From: Thermoplasmatota archaeon
GTDB lineage: Archaea; Thermoplasmatota; Thermoplasmata; Thermoplasmatales; Thermoplasmataceae
Reading direction: 5' to 3'
Assembly: GCA_023487765.1 (NCBI GenBank)
Contig: JAMDBW010000052.1
Span: forward strand, 1-53,428
Length of the DNA stretch: 53,428 bases
In this document: piece after piece, positions 1 to 9,847 of the stretch
Layout of the letters: each line of letters begins with the position of its first letter
How positions within the stretch are numbered: position 1 is the first letter of the stretch
Translations under genes and position numbers: made by a program
The notes under the pieces: generated by a model
Database searches by the model: none
What the model was told of the DNA's origin: nothing
What the model saw: the letters and a program-made list of their open reading frames with translations, nothing else

Positions 1-180
1 CTGTCTGTCGCCGGACTCGCGCGTAAAGGAATATATCTTAGGGCGCAGAATCGCCAGGTAGTATCAGAGGAAGCTCCGGGAAGCTACAAGGACATAGATG
101 AAGTGATTGAGGCTGTTACCGGTGCCGGTCTGACCAGGCCGGTTGCAAGGCTGGTTCCGGTCGGGGTGGTCAAGGGATGA
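1..180 (+). CDS. rtcB: RNA-splicing ligase RtcB, C-terminal fragment (gene runs off the 5' edge)
   Basis: The frame-1 ORF is open from nt 1 and ends ...EEAPGSYKDIDEVIEAVTGAGLTRPVARLVPVGVVKG*. This resembles the conserved RtcB C-terminal tail as I recall it (..AYKDIDEVV...P..V.KG). Its TGA overlaps the next gene's ATG (ATGA at 177-180). Confidence 0.6.
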   Translation: MSVAGLARKGIYLRAQNRQVVSEEAPGSYKDIDEVIEAVTGAGLTRPVARLVPVGVVKG

Positions 181-1202
181 TCGAGGAATCGCCTAAAAGG
201 ATAGCAGGGCATATTCATATCGATGGTGAACTGAAAAAAGGCACCGCTGTATTTTCAGACGGTTCCATGGAATTCAGGGACAGTATCCATAATGACGCAG
301 TCCCAGGCACCTTGATCCCCGGGTTGATCAATGCCCATACGCACATAGGGGATTCATTTGTCAGGGATGTCCCCTTCGGTTCCATTCCGGAGATAGTTGG
401 TCCGGGAGGTTTCAAGGACCGGACACTCGCTTCAGCCGGCGACGAAGAACTGCTTCATGGCATGCGATGGGCACAGGGGATAATACTCAATTCAGGGACA
501 GTAAGTTTCATGGATTTCAGGGAATCGGGCCTTCATGGGGTGGATTTGCTGAGGAGTCTTTCAGGAGAGGTTCCCGGGCCGATTATTCTCGGGAGGACAG
601 ATGCGAGGAGCAACGCCGGAGATGTTCTCAGAATATCAGACGGTCTCGGGTTGAGTGCCATCAGCGATGACAATTACGATGATATTCTTTCTGCGAGAGA
701 AGAAGCAGGAAAACATGGGAAAATTTTTGCCATTCATTTCAGCGAGAACCTGAGGGAAGACATCGAAAAAATAGTCCAGCTGAAACCAGACTTCATTATA
801 CACTGCATCGCGGCTAATGATCATGATCTGGATATCTTGTCTGAAGAGGGAATCCCGCTGGCCATAACTCCAAGATCCAATATTTTTTACGGCAAAAGGC
901 CTGATTATTCCAGATTCCTCAGGCACGGCATAAAGCTCATGCTTGGTACTGACAATGTAATGGCAACTCCTCCTGACATATTTGCCGAGATGCATTTTCT
1001 GCATCTTTATCAGAGAGGTATCGTGCCAGTAAGCGCGAAGGAGATACTGAGAATGGTTACCGTGAATCCAAGGGACTTCCTGAGCAATTTCGGCGATTAC
1101 ATCCCTCCGCACATGGTGTTCTTTCCCGACAGAATGCTGAGTGAACAGGATATAGTTACAAGAGGTAATTATTTTCAGAGAAAACTATTAAAATTCCCTT
1201 AA
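177..1202 (+). CDS. Metal-dependent amidohydrolase family protein (chlorohydrolase/deaminase-like)
   Basis: 341-aa ORF. It has the N-terminal HxH metal motif 'PGLINAHTHIGDSF' and a later 'AIHFSE'/'GTDN' pattern typical of the amidohydrolase superfamily. Confidence 0.7.
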   Translation: MIEESPKRIAGHIHIDGELKKGTAVFSDGSMEFRDSIHNDAVPGTLIPGLINAHTHIGDSFVRDVPFGSIPEIVGPGGFKDRTLASAGDEELLHGMRWAQGIILNSGTVSFMDFRESGLHGVDLLRSLSGEVPGPIILGRTDARSNAGDVLRISDGLGLSAISDDNYDDILSAREEAGKHGKIFAIHFSENLREDIEKIVQLKPDFIIHCIAANDHDLDILSEEGIPLAITPRSNIFYGKRPDYSRFLRHGIKLMLGTDNVMATPPDIFAEMHFLHLYQRGIVPVSAKEILRMVTVNPRDFLSNFGDYIPPHMVFFPDRMLSEQDIVTRGNYFQRKLLKFP

Positions 1203-1250
1203 TTTTTGAGGTCTCATAACAATATTTATATCAATCGTTTTCCTTAGGCG

Positions 1251-4208
1251 ATGCACGCGAGGAAGATAGTATTGCAGAGAACAAGTTTAATTGCAGTGAT
1301 ATTAACATTACTAATGGTAGGGAGTGCATTTGCACTCATCGGAAACAGCATGGCTATTAATCCTCAGGTCGGAAAAGTCAGTTATAGGGTTAATTACGAT
1401 CTGAATGGTGGTAGCATTGGTCTGGCAAGTTCATCAACGGTTCTGAACATAACAACCCCGGCCGGCATCTTTGTGAAGAGCTATACGGGGAATGGACAGA
1501 CAATATCACTGCCCTATGGCAGCTACATATTCAGCGTGGGTCCAATCGAAACCCAGTCTGGTACAAAACTTGTTATTGCCAATGGAACATCAGCACTGGT
1601 TAACGTTACGCAGTCTACGCCAACAGTTTACCTGAATCAGACTGTATACAACACAAAAAATACAAGTGTCACACTGGTAGGTCTAATCACTGGTTCAGCT
1701 ACCGTGTCATTTGCCACGCCTCAGGGGTTTGTCTTCCAGCGGAATGTAACATCAAACGGTAAAATAGTCGCCAACCTGCCAATTGGTGGAAAATTCTTTA
1801 CTAATGTGGCATACGGCGGCTATGTTTATACCTTTTACAACAATACCACCAGCTCCGGTACACCGGCAACAATGACGGTGAATCTCATTGCCACCTCAAG
1901 CAAATACGGATACGTAGAATCCCCCTCCGGAAGCAGCATTAACAGCTTCAAAGTCGTTGCACTCAATACTTCTGCTCCCAAAACTTATACGGTAACTGGT
2001 TTCAGTGGAGGTAGCTTCCAGATCAATGAACCACAAGGGGCAAGCAATATCTATGTAGTGGAGGCAAACGGGTACCAGCCGTATCAGCTTAATATTAATA
2101 ATTTTAAAAACGGTAATATCGTAACTCTTCAACCCGGTAGCGGTAACGTGAGCTATAACTTCACCATAGGCAACAATCCAGGATACCTTAATGTGTCTGT
2201 AACTTACGATCTTTCCAATTCTACTACATTCCCGTTTGCTGGAAATTCGACAGTAGGTTCTCTGTACTGGCAACAGAAACTTGACACGAAGTTTAATACA
2301 ACTGTCCTGAGCTATATGGGTAATATTATCGGCAACTACACAAACAACTCTATACTGGTTAACGGATACAACTACAATCTCACATACGCTGGAACTGCAT
2401 CAAACACAACACTTCCCAGCAACGGCGAACAATTTAAGGTTAACTTCACCTACAAAAACCTGAACGCCTCATCTATTAACCTCAACAACGGTTTCAATGT
2501 AAAGCTCTATGCTCTCGGAACACTAAATCTTCCAGGAAGCCTGTATTACCATTACCAGTTAAAATACAATGCTTCAGGAGTTGCCCTTACCTCTCCAACC
2601 TCTGTCGGAGAGACATTCAAGAGCCCCGTAAATATCACTCCACAATCCCAGAATGGATGGCTTTCACTATCATTCAGCAAGCCGGCGCCACCAGTTGTGT
2701 ATGCATCTGAAATTAACCTGTTCTGGAGTGGAATGCTTTCACATAATTATCTGGTCAGCAGTTCCGCACTTAACACAACCTTTGTTGCACCGGTTAATAA
2801 GTTAGTGTCTTTCAACCTGTCACAGGCATACCATTCAGCAACTGGTGAGAGCTATCTCAAGGCGCTGAATTACACTTGGGCAACTGCTGCTACTGTTGCA
2901 GGTGAACACACTTACAATATGACAGCAAATTTTACAACAGTAGGCACTCATATGGTTAGTGTCACTTACATAAGCGCCTCCGGTGCCACAAACACTACTT
3001 ACTTCAACGTGACTACAATGTCTCCGGCATCTCCGAACCCGGCTCTGACGGTAAGTTCTACTGGAAAGACGCTGTTCACACAGCCCCCATCCACTAACTC
3101 AACATTCGCATTCGCCGTACCACAATCCAAAGCCATCAGTTTCAGTGCGTACGCTTCAAGTCTGTCTACGGGTGGTATTTCGGTTCCACTGTCTTACGCA
3201 TGGTATTTCCCGGGTGCAAAATACACCGGAGCCAATGTGTCACAGACCTTTAACACGCCTACACTTGGCGGAAGCAATACCACAGGATATCTCGATGTCT
3301 ACAGTGCAATTGGCCCTATGCAGAATGTAACGCTTAGCATACTTGTCAACGACACAACTCCTCCGACCCCCCAGATATCATTCCAGAATGTCACCGGTTC
3401 TTCCATTGCGCAACCGATAGCCGGTCAGATAACAAAATTCTCGGCAAACTTGTCAAGTGATACCTACTACGGAAAACTTAATTTGAGTCCAAAATCAAAA
3501 TGGACGGTCAACTGGACGATAGGTTACGTCAACGGCACACAAGCTCCTCAGGGAAACAGTACCTATGAACTCCTGCCCAACTTCAATAACCAGTCGCTCA
3601 CAAACCAGTCATACATAGTGGTCCAGTTCAACACGCTTAACAGCCTGGTAGTATCTCTTAAGGTCACGAACCCAGCCGGCGTATCTGCCTACAGCAACAG
3701 GACGGTATCGGTCATTGTCCAGTCTCCAAGGCTTGTAATCCAGAGTGTCTACTTCCCGATGACACCTTCTCAGGGTTCCGCAACCATAGTTGATGTAAAT
3801 GTTTCGAACAACGGAACAACAACCGCCAATAGCTTTACCATAGTTGCCTATGTCAACGGGAAGAATATCTCCTGGCAGAAGTACAGCAATAGCAGCCTGG
3901 CAGTTGGAGTTACCAAGGAGTTCAAGTTCAATCTGACATCTCCCAGCTCCGGCAGTGTCCAGTTCCAGTTCGAAGCCCAGAATGTCAGTGAACCACAGTT
4001 CTTCTTCAAGGCAGGTTCTCTGGCTGTAACTCAAACCGTGAACCAGCCAGCTTACAAGACTCCTCTTGTAATTGGAGTGGTTGTAGCGGTTATAGTTCTG
4101 ATTGGAGTTGCGTATTACAAGCTAAGTTCAGGTGGAACATCTTCGAAACCAAAGAAAGAAGCGCAACCCAAGACTCAGCTGAAGAAGCCGGAAGAAAAGA
4201 AGAAATAA
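1251..4208 (+). CDS. Large secreted, membrane-anchored surface (glyco)protein
   Basis: 985-aa ORF with an N-terminal signal/TM segment (LIAVILTLLMVGSAFALIG). The Ser/Thr/Asn-rich body carries dozens of NxS/T sequons. The C-terminus has a TM helix (LVIGVVVAVIVLIGVAYY) and a Lys-rich tail. Confidence 0.6.
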   Translation: MHARKIVLQRTSLIAVILTLLMVGSAFALIGNSMAINPQVGKVSYRVNYDLNGGSIGLASSSTVLNITTPAGIFVKSYTGNGQTISLPYGSYIFSVGPIETQSGTKLVIANGTSALVNVTQSTPTVYLNQTVYNTKNTSVTLVGLITGSATVSFATPQGFVFQRNVTSNGKIVANLPIGGKFFTNVAYGGYVYTFYNNTTSSGTPATMTVNLIATSSKYGYVESPSGSSINSFKVVALNTSAPKTYTVTGFSGGSFQINEPQGASNIYVVEANGYQPYQLNINNFKNGNIVTLQPGSGNVSYNFTIGNNPGYLNVSVTYDLSNSTTFPFAGNSTVGSLYWQQKLDTKFNTTVLSYMGNIIGNYTNNSILVNGYNYNLTYAGTASNTTLPSNGEQFKVNFTYKNLNASSINLNNGFNVKLYALGTLNLPGSLYYHYQLKYNASGVALTSPTSVGETFKSPVNITPQSQNGWLSLSFSKPAPPVVYASEINLFWSGMLSHNYLVSSSALNTTFVAPVNKLVSFNLSQAYHSATGESYLKALNYTWATAATVAGEHTYNMTANFTTVGTHMVSVTYISASGATNTTYFNVTTMSPASPNPALTVSSTGKTLFTQPPSTNSTFAFAVPQSKAISFSAYASSLSTGGISVPLSYAWYFPGAKYTGANVSQTFNTPTLGGSNTTGYLDVYSAIGPMQNVTLSILVNDTTPPTPQISFQNVTGSSIAQPIAGQITKFSANLSSDTYYGKLNLSPKSKWTVNWTIGYVNGTQAPQGNSTYELLPNFNNQSLTNQSYIVVQFNTLNSLVVSLKVTNPAGVSAYSNRTVSVIVQSPRLVIQSVYFPMTPSQGSATIVDVNVSNNGTTTANSFTIVAYVNGKNISWQKYSNSSLAVGVTKEFKFNLTSPSSGSVQFQFEAQNVSEPQFFFKAGSLAVTQTVNQPAYKTPLVIGVVVAVIVLIGVAYYKLSSGGTSSKPKKEAQPKTQLKKPEEKKK

Positions 4209-4211
4209 TTT

Positions 4212-5870
4212 TTACATTTCTTCCAAAATTTTTATTCCCATAATATTAGACGCGTCTTTTACTATATTTTTGTATAAGTGTATTATAAGTACCCTCTTTG
4301 ATCTATCTTCTTCCTTCGCGTTCACCACAGGGCAGTTAGTGTAAAAATCATTGAACTTTCTCGTTAGCTCAAGAAGGTAATTGGCCACGCTTTCCGGTTT
4401 CAGTCCCCTTAATGCCTCTTCAAGGGCATATGGATACAAGTACATCTGCCGGATCAGTGCAGACTCATTGCCGTCATATTCCTGAGAAATGGCAGCTTCA
4501 GGATTTTCCAGTTTCCGGAGAATGCTTGCCGCCCTCGCGTACGAGTACATTACAAACGGTGCGGAATCGCCTTCCAGGCTGAGAGCTTCAGACCATTTGA
4601 ATACCAGTGTCTTGTTTGCATTCAATTTCACAAGCTGGAATCTGATTGCCGAGATCGCAACACTGTCGGCAATCTCATCCAGTCTGTCAGCCGGCAGGTC
4701 AGGTCTTTTTTCCTTCACCACTTTCAGGGATTCCTCCATAGCACGTTCCACGAGTTCATCCAGCGTGACCATATTCCCCTTCCTGGTGGACATTTTTCCC
4801 GACTCCAGTGACACATATGAATAATACACGAAGTCAAGCCTGTGGTCAATTCCCATGAGATCCTTCAGGACGTACTCAAGGTGTTTCATGTGCTCCTTGT
4901 GATTCTCTCCAAGCACATTTATGAGCCAGTCAAAATTCTGGAATTTGTAAAGGTGATATGCAATGTCTCTGGAAAAATACAGCGATGTGCCGTCGCTTCT
5001 CGTGAGGAACATCTTCCTGTCGAGGCTTGTTACGTATCTGGCCCCGTCCTCCTCCTGCAGTTCCTCATCCAGGTTTTCAAGGACTCTCCCAACATCTCCG
5101 GCTCTGATGAGATCGGATTCCCAGGTATAGTCATCGATCTTGATCCCTATCCTGCCAAGTGATTCAGTGATGCTGTTCAGTATCACGGTGCAAATCATCC
5201 TGATGTTCCGGATCGTATCCGGATCCCCCTTCTCGTACTGACGGATGATCTCGTCAACTTCCTCCTGCAGTGAATGATCCTTTTCAAGGGCGTCATTCAC
5301 TCTCCTGTATCCGTCCAGGAGTTCGTTCACATTGGGAGTACTGTCTGCGACGTACCTTTTGTATCCGGCAAAAAGCGTAGCCACCTGTTTCCCGGAATCA
5401 TTTATGAAATACTGTGTGGTAACTCTGTAACCGTATCTTGAAACCAGTCTGGCAAGAGAATCCCCGATAATGGAGTTGCGTATCCTTCCGATGTGTATGG
5501 GGCCGGTCGGGTTCGTGCTGGTGTGTTCAACTGACACTCTCTCCGGTTCCTGAAAAGTGTCCGGATACAGGCCGGTGCCGTCTATCTCCTTCTTCATGGC
5601 CTGCATCATTTTTTCTCGCCTGATCGTGAAATTTATGTATCCGCCGACAGGTTCTATTTTCTCGATAAAATCCTCTTTTCCCAGAGCCTCCGTTATCTGT
5701 CTGCTGATGTCCTCAATGGAGACTTTCTGTTCCTTCATAATCTGGAAGGATCTCAGGGTGAAATCTCCATGTCCGCTCCTGTCAAGAGCCAGATCAGTTC
5801 CTTTCAATCCCGGGAAAATCGTTTTCAATATCTCGAAGATCCTCTTCCAGTAGTCGTCAAAAAGGAGCAT
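4212..5870 (-). CDS. argS: Arginyl-tRNA synthetase
   Basis: 552-aa ORF. It has the class-I HIGH-type motif 'NPTGPIHIGRIRNSIIGD', the 'MSTRKG' (KMSKS-equivalent) motif and a C-terminal DALR-type anticodon-binding region ending in M. Confidence 0.9.
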   Translation of the reverse strand: MLLFDDYWKRIFEILKTIFPGLKGTDLALDRSGHGDFTLRSFQIMKEQKVSIEDISRQITEALGKEDFIEKIEPVGGYINFTIRREKMMQAMKKEIDGTGLYPDTFQEPERVSVEHTSTNPTGPIHIGRIRNSIIGDSLARLVSRYGYRVTTQYFINDSGKQVATLFAGYKRYVADSTPNVNELLDGYRRVNDALEKDHSLQEEVDEIIRQYEKGDPDTIRNIRMICTVILNSITESLGRIGIKIDDYTWESDLIRAGDVGRVLENLDEELQEEDGARYVTSLDRKMFLTRSDGTSLYFSRDIAYHLYKFQNFDWLINVLGENHKEHMKHLEYVLKDLMGIDHRLDFVYYSYVSLESGKMSTRKGNMVTLDELVERAMEESLKVVKEKRPDLPADRLDEIADSVAISAIRFQLVKLNANKTLVFKWSEALSLEGDSAPFVMYSYARAASILRKLENPEAAISQEYDGNESALIRQMYLYPYALEEALRGLKPESVANYLLELTRKFNDFYTNCPVVNAKEEDRSKRVLIIHLYKNIVKDASNIMGIKILEEM

Positions 5871-5920
5871 GATCGCTCATTGTGAGTGCTTATAAGACTA
5901 TTTCTATGTTCCTGCAGGCT

Positions 5921-7027
5921 TTATGGTACGGAGGAGGGATTGTACTCGTACTGTTCCGTGAACGCCCTCAATCCTGAGACAATCCTGTCCCGTTCCATCT
6001 CAAATTTTTCCGGTTTACCGGCCCCCTCCGGAACAACGAAGGATAATTTTCTCAGGTCGATCTGGAATCTTTCCGCAAGGGATTTCAATATATTATCCGT
6101 TCCAATTTCTTTTATGCTGCTCTTTTTCAGGGAATAGCGATCCATCATTGATTTCATGTTTTCCCTTGTTTCTTTTCCCGATATGCCGGATCTCTCTCCA
6201 AGGAACGATTCCAGCATCATTCCCGCCATTATGGCCTCATAGTATTTTGCGCGATTCCTGGACACGTGAAGTATGGTGTCACCGATGATCCTGCCAAAGC
6301 ACAGGGCTTTCCTGTGAAGTTCATCGCTGCTGCCCGCAAGCTCCGATCTCGTCTGGATACTCCTGGATATCAGTCTCACGAGACCGTCACTCTCCTTCAG
6401 GGTCTTCAGATCCTCGGTGTTGCTGAGCATGCTTATCAGTGAATGGTCACCAAGCAGTCCGTATCTGATGATCTCGGATACGCCATCCTTGAAATGTTCA
6501 TTATCCGAATGTCTGGTAAAATGAGTATCAATTATGACTTCTTTTGGAGAATACTTCGTTGACATGACATCCTCAAAGTTTGAGAAGTTTATTCCGTTGA
6601 TGCCGGAAATGGCATTTGAGATCTGGGCAAGAGGGACAGCCGGAACCGGGACGTAGTCGATGCCTCCCCTGAATGTGCATGCTACAAAGCCGGATATGTC
6701 GCATACAGAGGATCCTCCTATTGCAACGATCAGGGAATCCGCCGAAATGTTTCTCTCGATCATGACCCTGATTATTTTCTGGTAATTCCTTATGTTCTTG
6801 AGGTTATCGTCATAATTCAGCATGACTTTTGTGAGTTCTCCCCTGATTCCGCCGAGATCCGGCAGGTGTTCAGAGAAGGTTTCGACGGTGTCGCTTCCGG
6901 TGATCAGTACAACTCTGTCATATCTCTCCGAAATCTCCACAATCCTGTCTATTGTTCGTTCGCCAACCGATACAGGAACGTCTGCGCCATTTATGTTCAG
7001 GCTTATTCGCTCAGAGTTGCCGGCCAT
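5921..7027 (-). CDS. 3-dehydroquinate synthase-like protein (DHQS/Fe-ADH superfamily), divergent
   Basis: 368-aa ORF. 'IVAIGGSSVCDISGFVACTFRGGIDYVPVP..LAQ' matches the GGGxxxDxxGFxA...RG...PT.LLA core of AroB-type enzymes. The downstream metal-binding 'GHT..HA' region is degenerate ('CFGRIIGDTILH'). Confidence 0.55.
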   Translation of the reverse strand: MAGNSERISLNINGADVPVSVGERTIDRIVEISERYDRVVLITGSDTVETFSEHLPDLGGIRGELTKVMLNYDDNLKNIRNYQKIIRVMIERNISADSLIVAIGGSSVCDISGFVACTFRGGIDYVPVPAVPLAQISNAISGINGINFSNFEDVMSTKYSPKEVIIDTHFTRHSDNEHFKDGVSEIIRYGLLGDHSLISMLSNTEDLKTLKESDGLVRLISRSIQTRSELAGSSDELHRKALCFGRIIGDTILHVSRNRAKYYEAIMAGMMLESFLGERSGISGKETRENMKSMMDRYSLKKSSIKEIGTDNILKSLAERFQIDLRKLSFVVPEGAGKPEKFEMERDRIVSGLRAFTEQYEYNPSSVP

Positions 7028-7196
7028 GAAAATACACTGAAGATAAATGGTATTACAACAATATATAATTATGTCCTAATTTCAATGGAATCAATGACGG
7101 AAGTCATGAAGCCTTCACTGACCAGCGAAAAAAATTTCAGAAATGCTACTGTAAGAACATTTTAATAAGTTGATAAAATGCGCAGACCCGTAGCTA

Positions 7197-9071
7197 ATGG
7201 TATTTCAAGGATCAAAAAAATTCAGGAATCTCGCGCAGAACGGATACCTTAAGATTTCTAACCATGGTATGATCGCAAATAACAGGACAGCAGCTTTGGT
7301 GGGATTGAACGGGACAATAGACTGGGCTTGTCTTCCCAATTTCAACTCCGCCCCTGTTTTTGACTCAATACTTGACAGGAACAAAGGCGGTTATTTCTCC
7401 GTAAGGCCGCACGAAGCGGAGGACCTTGAGGTTATCCAGTATTACAAGGAATTTACGAATGTACTGATCACAGAATTCCTCAGGGACACGAAGATTATAC
7501 TCAGGATAACAGATTTCATTCCGGTATCAGATTATCCGACGATCAGTTTCCCGGAGATACACAGGCTCGTTGAGACCCTTTCGGAGGATGTGGCAGTAGA
7601 AGTGGGTTTCAAAGCCACTCTCAACTACGGGAGAGATCCTGTTCATCTGGAGGCCCGCAAGAACGGATTCATATTCCAGTCTGTCAGTTCCAACGTAGGA
7701 ATAGCAGGCGAAATACCCCTCAAGATATCCGGCAGCAAAGTTGCCAGTGTAGAGAAAATTCCCAGGCGGTCGGCAAGATGGCTTATCGCTTTGCAGGGGA
7801 TATCCCACCTGGACAAGATAAGCGATTACAAGTCGTTCCAGAGAATGGAAGAAACCATTGAATACTGGCAGACGTGGAGCGCCATAAGCAAGTACAAAGG
7901 GCTCTACAACAATGATGTCAACAGATCCGCGCTGATGCTGAAGGGTCTTTTCTACGAACCGACCGGGCTGATGGTGGCTGCACCCACTGCGAGCCTGCCT
8001 GAGTGCATAGGCAGCGAGAGGAACTGGGATTACAGATTCACGTGGATCAGGGATACGGCCTATGTAATCGAAGCGCTGGCAATGATCGGTTATAAACACG
8101 AGGCCACAAAGTTCCTCTATGATATGATGGAGCTAATTGAGCGGGAAAAGAAGGTCAGGACGATATATTCAATCAACCAGAGCAATGATCTGGAAGAGAT
8201 GGAACTTGACTACGAAGGATACATGGGGTCAAAGCCGGTCAGAATAGGGAACAAAGCCTCCACCCAGTTGCAGGTCGATCAGTTCGGTTCCATTGTCAAT
8301 GCCATACATTCCCTGAGCGAAGCCGGCGGAATTATCAACTCATATTTGTGGAATTTCGTGGGGGAGACTCTGGACAGCCTTGATGAATTATGGAAAATGC
8401 CGGATTCAAGCATATGGGAATTCAGGACTGAACCGAAACACTATGTTTATTCCAAGGTAGTCTCATGGTCCGCATTCAACCAGGCAATTGAGATGGGCAA
8501 AGAACAGGGTTTTTCCGGGCCGTACAGGAAGTGGAAAGCCATAGCCGACGGGATCAAGGATGATATCATAAAGAACGGATACAATGAGGAACTGAACTCG
8601 TTCACACAGTATTACGGCTCAAGAGAAACTGATTCTTCACTCCTCAGGATGCCTCTGCTGGATTTCCTTCCGGCGAATGACAGGAGGATCAGGGGAACAA
8701 TAGGGAAGATAGAAAAAGACCTGAGGATCACAGACAACCTGTTCAGGAGATACAGGGAAGATGACGGCCTCAACGGAGAGGATAACGCATTCCTGCTGCT
8801 GTCATTCTGGTATGTCGAGGTTCTCCTGAAGATGGGAAAAACAAATGATGCGAAGGAAGTTTTCGATTCTCTCCTGGATCGGGCGAACTATGTCGGTCTC
8901 CTTGCGGAAGAGATCGATTTCAGGACGGGTGATCAGCTTGGTAATTTCCCGCAGGCAATAACGCATCTCGGTGTAATAAGGGGAGCAATAATGCTTAATT
9001 CCGTGCTGAAGAATGGCAAGAGAACGAACGGCAGGAAGCCGGTAAAATCTTATGATCCGGGCAGGTCGTAG
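7197..9071 (+). CDS. Glycoside hydrolase family 15 (glucoamylase/glucodextranase-like)
   Basis: 624-aa ORF. 'SERNWDYRFTWIRDTAY' and 'LAEEID..TGDQLGNFPQAITHL' are hallmark GH15 catalytic-domain motifs. Confidence 0.85.
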   Translation: MVFQGSKKFRNLAQNGYLKISNHGMIANNRTAALVGLNGTIDWACLPNFNSAPVFDSILDRNKGGYFSVRPHEAEDLEVIQYYKEFTNVLITEFLRDTKIILRITDFIPVSDYPTISFPEIHRLVETLSEDVAVEVGFKATLNYGRDPVHLEARKNGFIFQSVSSNVGIAGEIPLKISGSKVASVEKIPRRSARWLIALQGISHLDKISDYKSFQRMEETIEYWQTWSAISKYKGLYNNDVNRSALMLKGLFYEPTGLMVAAPTASLPECIGSERNWDYRFTWIRDTAYVIEALAMIGYKHEATKFLYDMMELIEREKKVRTIYSINQSNDLEEMELDYEGYMGSKPVRIGNKASTQLQVDQFGSIVNAIHSLSEAGGIINSYLWNFVGETLDSLDELWKMPDSSIWEFRTEPKHYVYSKVVSWSAFNQAIEMGKEQGFSGPYRKWKAIADGIKDDIIKNGYNEELNSFTQYYGSRETDSSLLRMPLLDFLPANDRRIRGTIGKIEKDLRITDNLFRRYREDDGLNGEDNAFLLLSFWYVEVLLKMGKTNDAKEVFDSLLDRANYVGLLAEEIDFRTGDQLGNFPQAITHLGVIRGAIMLNSVLKNGKRTNGRKPVKSYDPGRS

Positions 9072-9167
9072 CTTCTTATATCCTTTATAAAAGCCGATTT
9101 CAACTCATTTTCTCATTTTGCCGTGAAGCTATGCCGCTTAATATATATCAATCCATAAACAGGATGG

Positions 9168-9596
9168 ATGCACGGCACTATGAGGATATTCCGCACGGCG
9201 GAATTCAGTATAAGCAATTTCGAGGAATTCCTTAACCTGTTCATAGAGGATTTCCAGAATGTCCATTTCCTTATGTCGGACGGCATAATGCTGGATTTCA
9301 GGAAAATTTTTCCCGAAGCCATGCTGCAGAGAATAATGGTGCAGAGAATCCTGACATGCTACCAGCTTCAGAAAATACTCATGGATTCCGGCGAAAATCC
9401 GCATTACATATCCGCTACCTCATCGGTTATGGAATCATGGCCTTCCAGGATAATTGAGAGTATCCACGACATAATGAAAATAAAGGCTTATTACAGGGGG
9501 ACCGTGATATTTTTCAACGTTGTCGGGAACGGGGGCGTTTTCGAGAAATATCTTGGAAGAAGGATACTGCCGGCAGGTATTCCGGGGTGGAGATGA
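9168..9596 (+). CDS. Hypothetical protein (142 aa), first ORF of a possible operon with the PolB2-like gene
   Basis: The ORF has codon choice like neighbouring genes (AGG/ATA/GAR-rich, purine-biased first positions). It is on the same strand as the two ORFs that follow it. An alternative antisense ORF (9138-9404) cannot be fully excluded. Confidence 0.4.
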   Translation: MHGTMRIFRTAEFSISNFEEFLNLFIEDFQNVHFLMSDGIMLDFRKIFPEAMLQRIMVQRILTCYQLQKILMDSGENPHYISATSSVMESWPSRIIESIHDIMKIKAYYRGTVIFFNVVGNGGVFEKYLGRRILPAGIPGWR

Positions 9597-9604
9597 GTTA
9601 ACTC

Positions 9605-9847
9605 ATGGGGCGCACCATACCAACTATGAGGCAGAGCATGGAAATCCTTTCGGCAAGGATTCAGAAGATGTCGCAGATAATGAGATCGGAGGACATCGAC
9701 CTGATCAGCAGCATGATGCTTAAGGGCAGGAAACATGCGCATGAAATCTCATATTCCGGCCTTGATACGGAATTCGGGTTTATTCTGTCAATTCTTCTGG
9801 AGATGGAAAAAGAGCTGAAACGCATCCGGGAGTCCATGGATGGATGA
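9605..9847 (+). CDS. Hypothetical small helical protein (80 aa), overlaps the PolB2-like start by 8 nt
   Basis: The ORF has coding-like codon usage. Its stop (9845-9847) overlaps the polymerase ATG (9840), which suggests translational coupling. Confidence 0.4.
   Translation: MGRTIPTMRQSMEILSARIQKMSQIMRSEDIDLISSMMLKGRKHAHEISYSGLDTEFGFILSILLEMEKELKRIRESMDG

Noticed and set aside
7090-7125. A possible C/D-box sRNA in the aroB-like/glucoamylase spacer (AATGACGG ... CTGA).
   Set aside because: The putative C box deviates from RUGAUGA. There are no convincing C'/D' boxes or terminal stem. It is probably chance.
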